A stretch of 64,000 nt of DNA, taken from NCBI GenBank assembly GCA_027492205.1, contig JAOZFN010000017.1:64001-128000 (forward strand). The letters run 5' to 3'. Positions within the stretch are counted from its first letter, which is position 1; each line of letters begins with the position of its first letter. The stretch is from Thermoproteota archaeon (GTDB lineage Archaea; Korarchaeota; Korarchaeia; Korarchaeales; Korarchaeaceae). Below, piece after piece: positions 49,004-58,290 of the stretch. The translations under genes were made by a program, and so were the position numbers. Below the pieces are notes generated by a model. It was not told the DNA's origin and made no database searches. It was given only the letters and a program-made list of their open reading frames with translations.

Positions 49004-50899
49004 TCAGACTCCTATCAGGGCCGTCGCCCGCCTCCTCAGCAATAAGTTTGCACCGACTATGAAGACGAACTGCAGGCCCATGAGCATGAAGCCCATCGCC
49101 GCGGGCTGGGCCAGGCCGCCGGCCAGGCCGTGGAACAGCATGTCGTACATCTTCCAGGTCATGGGGGCGTCCCTGTGGTTCGCGTCTCCCACCACTATCC
49201 CGGTGCTGACCTCGGACATGGAGTAGATGAAGGACAGCATCCCGCCGGCGAGGACGTTGAGCGCGATCAGCGGCAGGATTATTGTGAAGAAGGTCCTTGT
49301 CCTGCTGGCCCCCACGGTCCACGCGACCTCGTCCAGGGCCTTGTCGGTCTGCTCCAGCCCCGAGAACACCGATCGAACGGTGAACGGGATCTTCCTGACC
49401 GTGTATGAGGCTATGAGGAGCGGCGCCCCGCTTATGGTCGGGCTGAGGGGCGTCCCGAGGTACGTGAGGAAGAGGCCCGTCGCCACCGCAATGCCCGGGA
49501 CCGCTATGGGCAGGGTGACGAGCAGGTCCAGGGCCTCTATGCCGGGCACCCCCTTCTTCCTGGACACCAGGTAGGCCGCGCTCACGCCGAGGATCACCAT
49601 GAACACCGTGGCTATCCCAGAGTAGACCAGGCTGTTCACTATGCTTCTCCTGGCCTGCTCGTCTGCCAGGACGGCCTTGAAGTTGTTCAGCGTGTAGCTC
49701 TCGGGCAGGATCGTGGTACCCCACTCCTTGGAGAACGCGAGGAGCGTCACCCCGATGTGCGGCAGGGTGGCGAAGAAGAGGACGGCGAAGACGAACACGT
49801 AGACGAGCGCGACGGTCTTGTTGGATAGCCTCCGCCTCCTGGGCCTCCATATCCCTCCCTTGCCGAGCATGGCGTACCGCCTGAGGCTCACGTACCTCCT
49901 GACGGCCACGAACACGACCGCCGATATGACCAGGAGTATGAGCGCCAGCGTAGTGGCCTCCTGCGAGATCAGCCCGGCTGGGGTGAATATCCTGTTGAAT
50001 ATCTGGAAGGTGAGGACCTTCTCGGCGACGGTCCCCTTGAACACTATTGGGGTGCCCAGGTCCTCCAGTGCCAGGATGAAGACCAGGAGGGCGCCGGCCT
50101 CGACTCCTGGGGTCGCCAGCGGGAGGGTTATCGTCCTGAAGAGGCGGAACCCGCTCGCCCCCATGTTTATTGCCTGCTCCTCGAGCGAGGGATCCAGGCT
50201 TATCAGGGCCGTGTAGGCGTTCAGCATGACTATCGGGTAGAATATGAGGGTCTGGACCATTATCACGGCCGGCAGGCCGGTGATCTCCACCTTGAAGGGG
50301 ATCGCCCGCAGGATGTCGTGGAACAGGACGTTGAGCACCCCGTCGGCGACTATCATCCTCTTGAGCCCGATGGCGCCGACGAAGGGGGTGGAGAGGAGCG
50401 GTATGAGGGAGATTATCCTGAGGGCCTCGGCCCCGGGAAACTTGTACTTGGCGAAGATGAAGGCCAGCGTGAATCCCAAGACGGTGGAGAGGATTGCCGT
50501 CGAGGTGGCGACGACCAGCGAGTTCACCAGTACGCCGAAGTCCCACCCGGTTATGTAGATGATCTTGACGACCTCTCCCGTGGGCCTGGTGTACTCCACG
50601 ACGTGGTAGAGGCTGCCCCTGACTCCCTCCAGGGAGATGAATGGGAAGTCGCTCGTCAGGTGGACCCTCAGGGGGAAGTAGTAGTCGTCAGTCAGTACGA
50701 GCCTCAGGGAGTCGAGCGTGAACCCGCCGGAGGTGTAGAACGACCTGACGATGACCATCCCCAGCGGGATCAGCATGAAGGCGGCGAACGCCGCAAGGAC
50801 TATGAAGAGCTGGCTCCACGAGAAGGGGTCCATCTCCCACTTGAGCCTTCTCAACGACCTCTTCAGCCTCTCCTCCAGCCCCTCGGCCCGAGAACCCAT
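49004..50899 (-). CDS. ABC permease, fused two-domain FbpB/AfuB type
   Basis: Two EAA-like loops (LEEQAINMGAS, LDEVAWTVGAS). Confidence 0.92.
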   Translation of the reverse strand: MGSRAEGLEERLKRSLRRLKWEMDPFSWSQLFIVLAAFAAFMLIPLGMVIVRSFYTSGGFTLDSLRLVLTDDYYFPLRVHLTSDFPFISLEGVRGSLYHVVEYTRPTGEVVKIIYITGWDFGVLVNSLVVATSTAILSTVLGFTLAFIFAKYKFPGAEALRIISLIPLLSTPFVGAIGLKRMIVADGVLNVLFHDILRAIPFKVEITGLPAVIMVQTLIFYPIVMLNAYTALISLDPSLEEQAINMGASGFRLFRTITLPLATPGVEAGALLVFILALEDLGTPIVFKGTVAEKVLTFQIFNRIFTPAGLISQEATTLALILLVISAVVFVAVRRYVSLRRYAMLGKGGIWRPRRRRLSNKTVALVYVFVFAVLFFATLPHIGVTLLAFSKEWGTTILPESYTLNNFKAVLADEQARRSIVNSLVYSGIATVFMVILGVSAAYLVSRKKGVPGIEALDLLVTLPIAVPGIAVATGLFLTYLGTPLSPTISGAPLLIASYTVRKIPFTVRSVFSGLEQTDKALDEVAWTVGASRTRTFFTIILPLIALNVLAGGMLSFIYSMSEVSTGIVVGDANHRDAPMTWKMYDMLFHGLAGGLAQPAAMGFMLMGLQFVFIVGANLLLRRRATALIGV

Positions 50900-50973
50900 C
50901 GCACCACCACCGGCCTGAGTCCAAGGAGGACCCGCGTCGTGAGGAATAAAAAGAGGGTGAGGGTGAGTCCGGT

Positions 50974-52380
50974 TCACGGCTCGGGTATCTGCTCGTAGAT
51001 CGCCTCGTACCTCTGGAGGGCCGCGTCCCTCCAGAGGGCCTGCATCTGGGAGGCGAACGCCGGATCGGTCTTCATGCGCTCGTTGATCTGCTTGGCGAAC
51101 TCCAGCGTGAAGGTCATCTGCTGCCCGTTCTCCTCCCAGGACAGCGGCTTTCCTAACTCGTGGGCGAACTGCTCGAACTGCTCCTCAGTGATCTTCCCTG
51201 CCTCGTAGGCGTCGACCAGCTTCTTCCAGACCCTGACGAGTTCGTCGTGCCTGTCGCACAGCACCGCGTCGAAGTAGTAGGCGACGGAGAAGTACACCTG
51301 GCCGGCGAGGCTCTCGTCGAACTCAATCGTCTGGAGGTTGATGGTCTCGTTGAACTTCTCGTAGAGGTCGGTCCTCTGCCTGCCCTCCGGGGTCTGGAAA
51401 ACCTTCGGGGATATCGGGAGCCTGTTCACCTTGGGGTCGAGCCAGATCTTCTGGCCATCGGTGAGAACCCACCTTATGAAGGCCTGCGCGGCCTCCGGGT
51501 GCTCGGACGTGGCGCAGAGCGCTATCGGATCGCCGTTGACGATGCTGTTGGGCGGGGTCACGTAGACGAAGTCTGGAGACTTGGTCTGCAGCTCGTAGCC
51601 GTAGAAGTCTATCATGATCCCTATGGGAACCTCCCCCGTCTGGACGGCGAACTGGGCCTCCACAGACCCGCCGTAGGGCCTTCCGTTGGCGGCGAGCCTG
51701 GTGAGCAGCACCCAGCCGTCCTCCCAGCCGTATGCCTGCAGGATGATCTGATAGATCCTGGAGTGGGAGGTCGAGGTGGTGGACCTCGCGAAGGATATCG
51801 CGGGCATCGGGAGCATCTTGGCGTACACGGGGCTGGCCAGGTCGTCCCACGTCGCGGGCTCGGGCAGCCCCCTCTCGGCGAGCTGCTTCTTGTTGTAGGT
51901 GAATCCGAAGGACGAGATGGCGGCCGCGACCCAGGTGACCTGACCGTCGTCGTACCTCTTCATGGCGGACCCGCTTATCGTGTCTGGGATCTCCGAGATC
52001 ACTTGGAGGAGCTCTGGGTCGGTCATCGGCTGCAGGAGTCCCTTGTCGGCCAGGTCGTTGAAGACGGTGGGGCCCCCGCCCCACGCCACGTCGATCCTCT
52101 CCTTCTTGATCACGTCCGGCCACAGGGCCGCGTTCGGGCCGTAGAAGCGGATGTCGACTATGTTGTACTGCCTGGCCAGGTCGGACTTGAGAAACTCCTC
52201 CTTAGTCAGCAGCCAAATGGTGCTGGCGTGCCTGGTTATCACCTTCAGGGTGATACCCTGCTTGGACGGTCCGGCGGTCGGGGTGGGCCCGGCGCCTCCC
52301 CCTCCCCTCGTGAGGAAGAGGGCCGCGCCTATAAGTACGATGACGACCGCCAGGATGGCCACCAAGTACTTGGCTCCCAA
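50974..52380 (-). CDS. ABC substrate-binding protein (Fe3+/AfuA-type family)
   Basis: N-terminal anchor, DVAWGGG, P.TWDDL, IDFYG, GDPIAL. Confidence 0.88.
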   Translation of the reverse strand: MGAKYLVAILAVVIVLIGAALFLTRGGGGAGPTPTAGPSKQGITLKVITRHASTIWLLTKEEFLKSDLARQYNIVDIRFYGPNAALWPDVIKKERIDVAWGGGPTVFNDLADKGLLQPMTDPELLQVISEIPDTISGSAMKRYDDGQVTWVAAAISSFGFTYNKKQLAERGLPEPATWDDLASPVYAKMLPMPAISFARSTTSTSHSRIYQIILQAYGWEDGWVLLTRLAANGRPYGGSVEAQFAVQTGEVPIGIMIDFYGYELQTKSPDFVYVTPPNSIVNGDPIALCATSEHPEAAQAFIRWVLTDGQKIWLDPKVNRLPISPKVFQTPEGRQRTDLYEKFNETINLQTIEFDESLAGQVYFSVAYYFDAVLCDRHDELVRVWKKLVDAYEAGKITEEQFEQFAHELGKPLSWEENGQQMTFTLEFAKQINERMKTDPAFASQMQALWRDAALQRYEAIYEQIPEP

Positions 52381-52534
52381 GACTCACCACCCCGCAGACG
52401 AGGATCAGCTGCACGCCTCCACTATAAAGGCGCCCTTCCGGGTCTCTCTGGGAGGGGCCCTTTCGACCTACCCGCACGCTCGGGAGACCTGAAAAGGAAC
52501 AGCGAGTAGAAAGAAAATAGGAGGGGGGAGGCCC

Positions 52535-53557
52535 TCACTTCTTCTTGAGGGCCAGCGCGGCGCCGACGATGATCACGATCACCACGACGGCGATCGCTAT
52601 GTAGGTCGTCGGGATGGCCGGGCCGGCGCTCTCCTCCGTGAGTCCCCAGGCGAAGGCGTTCTTGGCGAAGGTGGCTCCCTGGAGCTCGACGCCGTGGTAC
52701 TCGGGGGTGATGATCACCCTGTCCCCGAGCAGGGACTCTCCGGTGACGATTACCTTGCTGTACTTGTTGCCGACCTTGATCTTCTCGGCGGCGGCCTCGA
52801 CGAACTGGCCGGTCTCGCCGACCGCGTGGGCCTTCGGGTCGACGCCGTCGTGGCTCACCACGGTGCCGCTGGGCGAGGACCTGTAGAGCCACGTCACGGT
52901 CTCGCCGTTGTCAACCTGGCTGAACGGCACGAACTGACCGTTCTTGTATCCGACGACGAAGGTCGGGCCGTGGAACAGGACCTTGGGGGCGCCGGCGGTT
53001 ATCTGGGCGGCCCAGCCCTGCGTGTTGGCCTCGTAGCTGATGACCCTGTAGCCGGCGCCGGCGTTGGACTCGGGGTCCTCGAGGCTGCCGTACTCGAGCC
53101 TCAGGCTGGAGCCTATGGCCTCGAGGATCTTGTTGGGCTCACCGGCCTTGAAGGAGGTGTCCTCGGGGTTCAGGTAGGGCTCGACGTAGTCGGAGTCTGC
53201 CCCCACCCACAGGAACTTGCCTCCCTCCTTGAACCAGTTGGCTATGGCCTGAACCTCTGCGGAGGAGAAGCCGCTGTCGTAGTCCTTCATCTTGCCGATG
53301 ACCAGGGCGTCGACCCCCTCGAGAGCTGCCGGGGTTATCTCGGTAAGCTCCTTCACCTGATAGCCCGCGGAGGTCAGCAGGTCCTTCAGGGCCTGGAGGT
53401 TCTTCTGCCCCCACTCGCTGTCCAAGTCCTTGATCCTGCCGGGGGTGAGGTCCAGCGCGACGACCTTCTGATCCTGGGCGGACACGCTGGTGCCGAACCA
53501 CACACCCACGGAGAGTGCGAAGAGGGCCACCAAAGCCAGAGCGAGCAACTTCCTCAT
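52535..53557 (-). CDS. Secreted, C-terminally anchored protein (GldG/DUF4350-like class I GATase fold)
   Basis: Signal peptide; FS..E..AI..W...GG.LWVGADSDY; TM plus KKK tail. Confidence 0.7.
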   Translation of the reverse strand: MRKLLALALVALFALSVGVWFGTSVSAQDQKVVALDLTPGRIKDLDSEWGQKNLQALKDLLTSAGYQVKELTEITPAALEGVDALVIGKMKDYDSGFSSAEVQAIANWFKEGGKFLWVGADSDYVEPYLNPEDTSFKAGEPNKILEAIGSSLRLEYGSLEDPESNAGAGYRVISYEANTQGWAAQITAGAPKVLFHGPTFVVGYKNGQFVPFSQVDNGETVTWLYRSSPSGTVVSHDGVDPKAHAVGETGQFVEAAAEKIKVGNKYSKVIVTGESLLGDRVIITPEYHGVELQGATFAKNAFAWGLTEESAGPAIPTTYIAIAVVVIVIIVGAALALKKK

Positions 53558-53749
53558 TGTGCCCTCACTGAGGGGGGTCTGGCCAGTGACTGCTATTAAT
53601 GTTTGGCTTGAGGCGTTGCAGGTCCGTAGCTAATTTCCATGAGAAGTAAAGTGCCGGATTGTCTTACGAACCTATTGGGCGTTTCGAATAAAAAAATCTC
53701 AGAAAGCCGAGGGCTCAGTCGCTGATTTTCGACTCTCGCCTTCTCCAGT

Positions 53750-55495
53750 TTAGCGCCTCAACTTATAGGCCACCGCGATGGCAGCCGCCGCCAGAATCGC
53801 CACGCCGATCATCCAGATCGGGAAGTGAACCTTCTCTGCCCCTGTCTCGCCCGTCGGTCCGGTGGGCGATCCCCAGCTGATCACCTTCTCCACGGTGGTC
53901 GCCCTGCCAGACAGGTCGAGGGCCTCCACCCTGAAGCTGGCCTGACCCGCCTCCCGGGGCACCTGTGTGGTCGCGAGGAAGGTGTCCCCGTCGAGCCTGA
54001 GGAGTTCCACCTCTTGCCAGCTCTGACCGTCGGTTGACACCCGAAGTCTGACGTCTGAGACCCCCGAGACGTCGTCTCTGACGGTCAGGTTGACTCGAAT
54101 GACCACCGTGCCGCCCACCTTCGGCTCCGCCTGGAACTCGACCGTCGGAGGGCTGGAGTCCTCCTCTGCCCATACCTTCACCACCCTATCCTGCCCCGGG
54201 GGAACGGTCACGGCCACGTACGCCACACTGTAGCCGAGTCTGGACTCCCTGATCCCCAGAAGGTCCCCTCCCTCGACCTCCACGCTGCCGCTGCCGCTTA
54301 TCCGGGCCACCAGGGTTCCGTTGAGCGGCCACGGAGACCTGTTGATCACCCTGGCCGAGAAACCCCCGGCGCTCCCGTCGTTGACCTGGTAGTGCTCCAC
54401 CTCGAACCAGTTCAGCGGGATCGGTTTCTCCACACCTCCGAGCCACCTCAGGCTGCCGTCCGGCTCGATCGTGAAGATCCTGTATCCGGGTACGGCCTTC
54501 TCGGCCGCCTTCTCCACGTCTCCGTAGGAGTTGGGATTCGTCACCATCAGTATTGGCTCCGTATAGACGTAGTTCTCGTGCATGTGCCCAGAGAGAGCAG
54601 CCGTCACGCCCCGCTCGGCCATCAGCCGGATCACGGTGTCGGAGTCGGCCCCGGGCACGGCCTCCAGGTTCCAGGGCGGGTGGTGGAACAGCACTATCTT
54701 CACGGTCGCGTTGGTGGCGGACAGGTCCCGATCGAGCCAAGAGACCTGGTCAACGCCCAGTTTGCCCTCAAGCGATCCCGGACCGGTGTCCACGCTCACG
54801 ACGTGTACCTCTGGCCCGATGTCGAGGCTTAGGTTGGATGGGGCCAGGTACATGACGAAGGGCGCGCCCTTGATCGAGTGGTCGTGGTTTCCGGGTATCA
54901 GGACGATGGGGACGTCGAACGCGGGCATCAGCCTGCGGAGTCCCTGAAATATGACCTCGTGGGGGTTGTTGCACACGTCGCCCGTGTGGATCACGAAGTC
55001 CGGCCTGAGGAAGTTGATCAGCCAGACGTCTCGGACGAACTGGGCCGCCTGGTGGAGTTGTCCGGGCCTGTTGTCGTAGTGGGTGTCGGAGATCCATAAG
55101 ACCGTGAAGGGAGGGTCGAGGTCCTCCAGCACCGCCACCGAGTTTGGCTCGCGCCTCACCTCGCCGCCCTCCAGCTCCACGACGAGGTCGTACAGCCCGG
55201 GAGACGCCTCCGGCGGCAAAGCCGCCTCGACCTCGGTCTTTCCGTCGGCGGCCGTGGTCCCCTCGACGGACAGCTCGTACTCCCCAAACTCGTTCTCTAT
55301 CCTCACGGCGCCGACCGAGACCTCGCCGACGAGCTTGATCCTTATCCCGCTCCCCGGAGCGGTGAATGCAGGGAAGCCGATTCTCGGAAGCTCGATGCCG
55401 GAGAGAGGTGACTCGCCCGATGCGACGACATGAACGGATGTAGCGGATGCGGTGAGGGAGAGGAGGAGGGCGGCTGCCCCGCTCCTCCAGCTCAC
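53750..55495 (-). CDS. Membrane-anchored calcineurin-like metallophosphoesterase
   Basis: SDTH, TGD, GNHD, HHP, GHMH; signal peptide, C-terminal TM. Confidence 0.92.
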   Translation of the reverse strand: MSWRSGAAALLLSLTASATSVHVVASGESPLSGIELPRIGFPAFTAPGSGIRIKLVGEVSVGAVRIENEFGEYELSVEGTTAADGKTEVEAALPPEASPGLYDLVVELEGGEVRREPNSVAVLEDLDPPFTVLWISDTHYDNRPGQLHQAAQFVRDVWLINFLRPDFVIHTGDVCNNPHEVIFQGLRRLMPAFDVPIVLIPGNHDHSIKGAPFVMYLAPSNLSLDIGPEVHVVSVDTGPGSLEGKLGVDQVSWLDRDLSATNATVKIVLFHHPPWNLEAVPGADSDTVIRLMAERGVTAALSGHMHENYVYTEPILMVTNPNSYGDVEKAAEKAVPGYRIFTIEPDGSLRWLGGVEKPIPLNWFEVEHYQVNDGSAGGFSARVINRSPWPLNGTLVARISGSGSVEVEGGDLLGIRESRLGYSVAYVAVTVPPGQDRVVKVWAEEDSSPPTVEFQAEPKVGGTVVIRVNLTVRDDVSGVSDVRLRVSTDGQSWQEVELLRLDGDTFLATTQVPREAGQASFRVEALDLSGRATTVEKVISWGSPTGPTGETGAEKVHFPIWMIGVAILAAAAIAVAYKLRR

Positions 55496-57369
55496 TTGGA
55501 CCCCCTCCTGAGGGCTAGGAGGGCGGCGACGGCGACCACGACTATGCCAGCTATCCAGAGCACTAGGTTGGAGGCCAGGCCAGCCCCTCCCTCGGGGCCT
55601 GGCTGGGGCGTCGGCGCCGGGCTGGTCGTGGCCGGAGCCAGCTTGCTTATCTCGCCGAAGAACTCCGCCTCGTTGCCCGCAGCGTCCGTGGCCGTGATCT
55701 TGAAGTAGCGGTACTGGTCTGGCGAAACCCTCCAGACTGGCCAGCCCGTGTCGAACTCCGGCTCCAGCTCGCTCCAGGTGGAGTTGTCCGGCGAGACGTA
55801 GACCCTGTACTCAAGCACGCCGAGGCCCTCGTCGGTGATCCTGGGCCAGATCTCCTTGCGACCGTCCTTCGCGTCCTTCAGGTCTGCAGATATCTTCGGC
55901 GGCGACTGGTCAGGCTTTAGGTAGATCTTCACGACCCTCTCCTCGCCGGGGGCCAGGGCGACCGTGAGCTCGTAGGCCCCCTTGCCGGAAGCCCCGTAGG
56001 CCGCCGAGAGTTCGGCGCCCTCGACCTTGGGGCTGGGGTCGAAGGACGAGAGCACCACGGGCAGCCTCAGGGTCACCTCCTCCTGTCCCTTGTTCCAGAC
56101 CCTGATGGCCACGGCGTAGGAACTACCGTCGTAGGCCTGGAGGTACTCGGCGCCGAGTTCGGAGACTGAGGGGGAGGAGGGCTGATACCAGAAGCCCCCG
56201 TCTGCGGTGAACCTCAGGTGCCTGTAGTGCCCGAAGTCGCCCTCAGGACCCCCGTAGCTTGTTCCGTGATCATGCTGCCCGGCTTCGGTGACCAGGCACA
56301 GTACGTCGCCGAACTTACCCTGATCGTCGCTATGCCAGTGGCCGGTGAGGACGACGGGCGCGTTGGCCATGTGCGCTATGTCGACGACCCTCTGCACCGT
56401 CTGATTGTAGTCGAGGGTGCCCTGGAACTTCCCATCCGGACCGTAGAGCCAGACCCTTATGTCCTGATCCATGAGCGGATAATGCGTGAGTACGGCCCCG
56501 GTACCACCCTTTCCCTCTAGCAGAGACTCGATCAGGTCGAACTGGTATCCGAAGATCTTTCCCGTGTCCGAGTCGATCTGGACGAAGTGAAAGTTTGGCC
56601 CCACGTCCACGACCCCGTAGAACGGGCCAAAGTACTTCTCCCAGTAGTACTGCTTCTTCTCCACGGCCGTGTAGTCGTTGTTTCCCTCTACGGCTATCAG
56701 GGGGACTCGAAGCCTCACGAGATCCCTGTACGCCTCTCTAAACGGGTCCTCCTCGTCAGGCCTGGCAATCGCGTCTATGACATCTCCGGTGTGGACCACG
56801 ACGTCGGGCCTCAGGCCGTTTATGGTCGCCACCAGCATCCTAAAGAGCTGCTGATTCCTGTGGTGCTTGGGTATGTCCCTCGTCCCGTAGTGCGTGTCGG
56901 TGAACTGGATGACGCGGATCTCCGTGGGATAGGAATCTCCGAAGACGTAGACCGAGTTGGGCTCGGTGAACCTGAGTCCCGACCCCTCTACCGTCAGGTT
57001 GTACAGGCCTGGCGGAACGTCCTCGGGGACCCTGACGGTCACCCACCATCCGCCCACGCCCTCGTCGAATCCCTGGTCGACCGCGTCTAGGGCGTAGCGC
57101 CAATCCTCGGTGAACACCGACTCCAGGTAGGCGCTCCACGTCACCGAGGATGGGAGGTCGTCGGTCCTTGCGATCCAGGCGGTGAAGGCGTCTCCGTAGG
57201 CGACGAAGGCTGGGGATGTCAGGCGGGGGTACAATACGTGATTCAGCGGCGTCACGTGGTACTCCGGGAACGGCGGCTGCGGGGCGGATGAGAACTCGGC
57301 GGTGGTCGAGGGGGCGACAAACAGGACGAGCAGGGAGACTGCCAGCAGGCCTCCACCCCTGACCCTCAA
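55492..57369 (-). CDS. Membrane-anchored calcineurin-like metallophosphoesterase (paralog)
   Basis: TDTH, TGD, GNND, THYP, GHWH; signal peptide, C-terminal TM. Confidence 0.9.
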   Translation of the reverse strand: MRVRGGGLLAVSLLVLFVAPSTTAEFSSAPQPPFPEYHVTPLNHVLYPRLTSPAFVAYGDAFTAWIARTDDLPSSVTWSAYLESVFTEDWRYALDAVDQGFDEGVGGWWVTVRVPEDVPPGLYNLTVEGSGLRFTEPNSVYVFGDSYPTEIRVIQFTDTHYGTRDIPKHHRNQQLFRMLVATINGLRPDVVVHTGDVIDAIARPDEEDPFREAYRDLVRLRVPLIAVEGNNDYTAVEKKQYYWEKYFGPFYGVVDVGPNFHFVQIDSDTGKIFGYQFDLIESLLEGKGGTGAVLTHYPLMDQDIRVWLYGPDGKFQGTLDYNQTVQRVVDIAHMANAPVVLTGHWHSDDQGKFGDVLCLVTEAGQHDHGTSYGGPEGDFGHYRHLRFTADGGFWYQPSSPSVSELGAEYLQAYDGSSYAVAIRVWNKGQEEVTLRLPVVLSSFDPSPKVEGAELSAAYGASGKGAYELTVALAPGEERVVKIYLKPDQSPPKISADLKDAKDGRKEIWPRITDEGLGVLEYRVYVSPDNSTWSELEPEFDTGWPVWRVSPDQYRYFKITATDAAGNEAEFFGEISKLAPATTSPAPTPQPGPEGGAGLASNLVLWIAGIVVVAVAALLALRRGSK

Positions 57370-57468
57370 GGCTCAAACCCAAAACTTTCCCCCGGCGACA
57401 GTCTATAAACGATTGGGGGGTCGGGAGAACTCTGCCGACCGCGACACCGGAGATGACCTGGGGGCTCG

Positions 57469-57785
57469 TTACGGGCCCAGATAAGCGGTTTCTGACGTGA
57501 TCGTTCTTTAGAAGCTCCTCCCCCGATCCCTCCAGCACTATCCTCTTGGTCTCGATCACGTAACCCCTGTCGGCTATGGAGAGCGCCTGCTGAACATTCT
57601 GCTCAACCAGAAGGACGGTGACCCCTTCCTCTCGGATCTGCTCGACAGCACTCAAGACCTCTTGGACTACCTTGGGGGCCAGACCCAGGCTCGGCTCGTC
57701 GAGCATCAGCAGCTTGGGGGAGGACATGAGGCCCCTTGCTATGGCCAGCATCTGCTGCTCTCCCCCGCTGAACGTCCCCACGCTG
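57469..57785 (-). pseudogene. livF: 3' half of a branched-chain amino acid ABC ATPase
   Basis: SGGEQQMLAIARGLMSSPKLLMLDEPSLGLAP...VEQN; no Walker A; VRTAYLGP* end is frameshifted. Confidence 0.88.
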
Positions 57786-57831
57786 GGTCTGAGGCCCCAA
57801 ACTGCCTCCAGATGTCCTCTACACTCAGCGC

Positions 57832-57871
57832 TCCGCCATTGGTTCAGCATCGATCCGCCATTGGTTCAGCA
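57832..57871. repeat. 18-bp direct repeat x2 (tccgccattggttcagca), 22-bp period
   Basis: Copies at 57832-57849 and 57854-57871. Confidence 0.85.
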
Positions 57872-58124
57872 GCCTCGGCGATACTTGCTGATCTTGAAAG
57901 AGACGGAGGGAGGGGGCTCTCCAAGATTCGACTCCAGCGAAGTCGTACAAATCCCCCCGAGAGCGGTCGTGCGTGGGTTGAGGGCCTCACGTGGCCAAAG
58001 CCGCTTGCTCGCGATACACTGCGAGCTAGTGCGTCTACCCCGGGCAGTGAGAGGCCTGAGAGCGAGGACCGGAACCAATCCGCCGCCCCCGACCGCGTCT
58101 CCCCCCGATCGGGAGCGCTGGAGG

Positions 58125-58169
58125 GGGATGCAGATGGCCGTCGAGGAGATCAACGCAAACGGGGGTTAG
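58125..58169 (+). pseudogene. Tiny relic of a LivK/LivJ-type binding protein
   Basis: GMQMAVEEINANGG* matches the G..LAVEEINA.GG N-terminal signature. Confidence 0.5.
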
Positions 58170-58290
58170 TGGTTTAAGGTCGACAAGGGGATCCGAGCAC
58201 GGCCATAACGCCGCGACGGAACAGCCTAATCGCTAATGAGCGGAGTCCGGTGGTTGTCACTGCTGGTAAATCGTGCGAAATATCCGGGAG

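Noticed and set aside
56840-57850. 336-aa ORF as a full ABC ATPase
   Set aside because: Lacks Walker A; the extension is frameshift read-through overlapping the phosphoesterase gene
57832-57871. Mini CRISPR array
   Set aside because: Only two 18-bp copies with a 4-bp spacer; no cas genes
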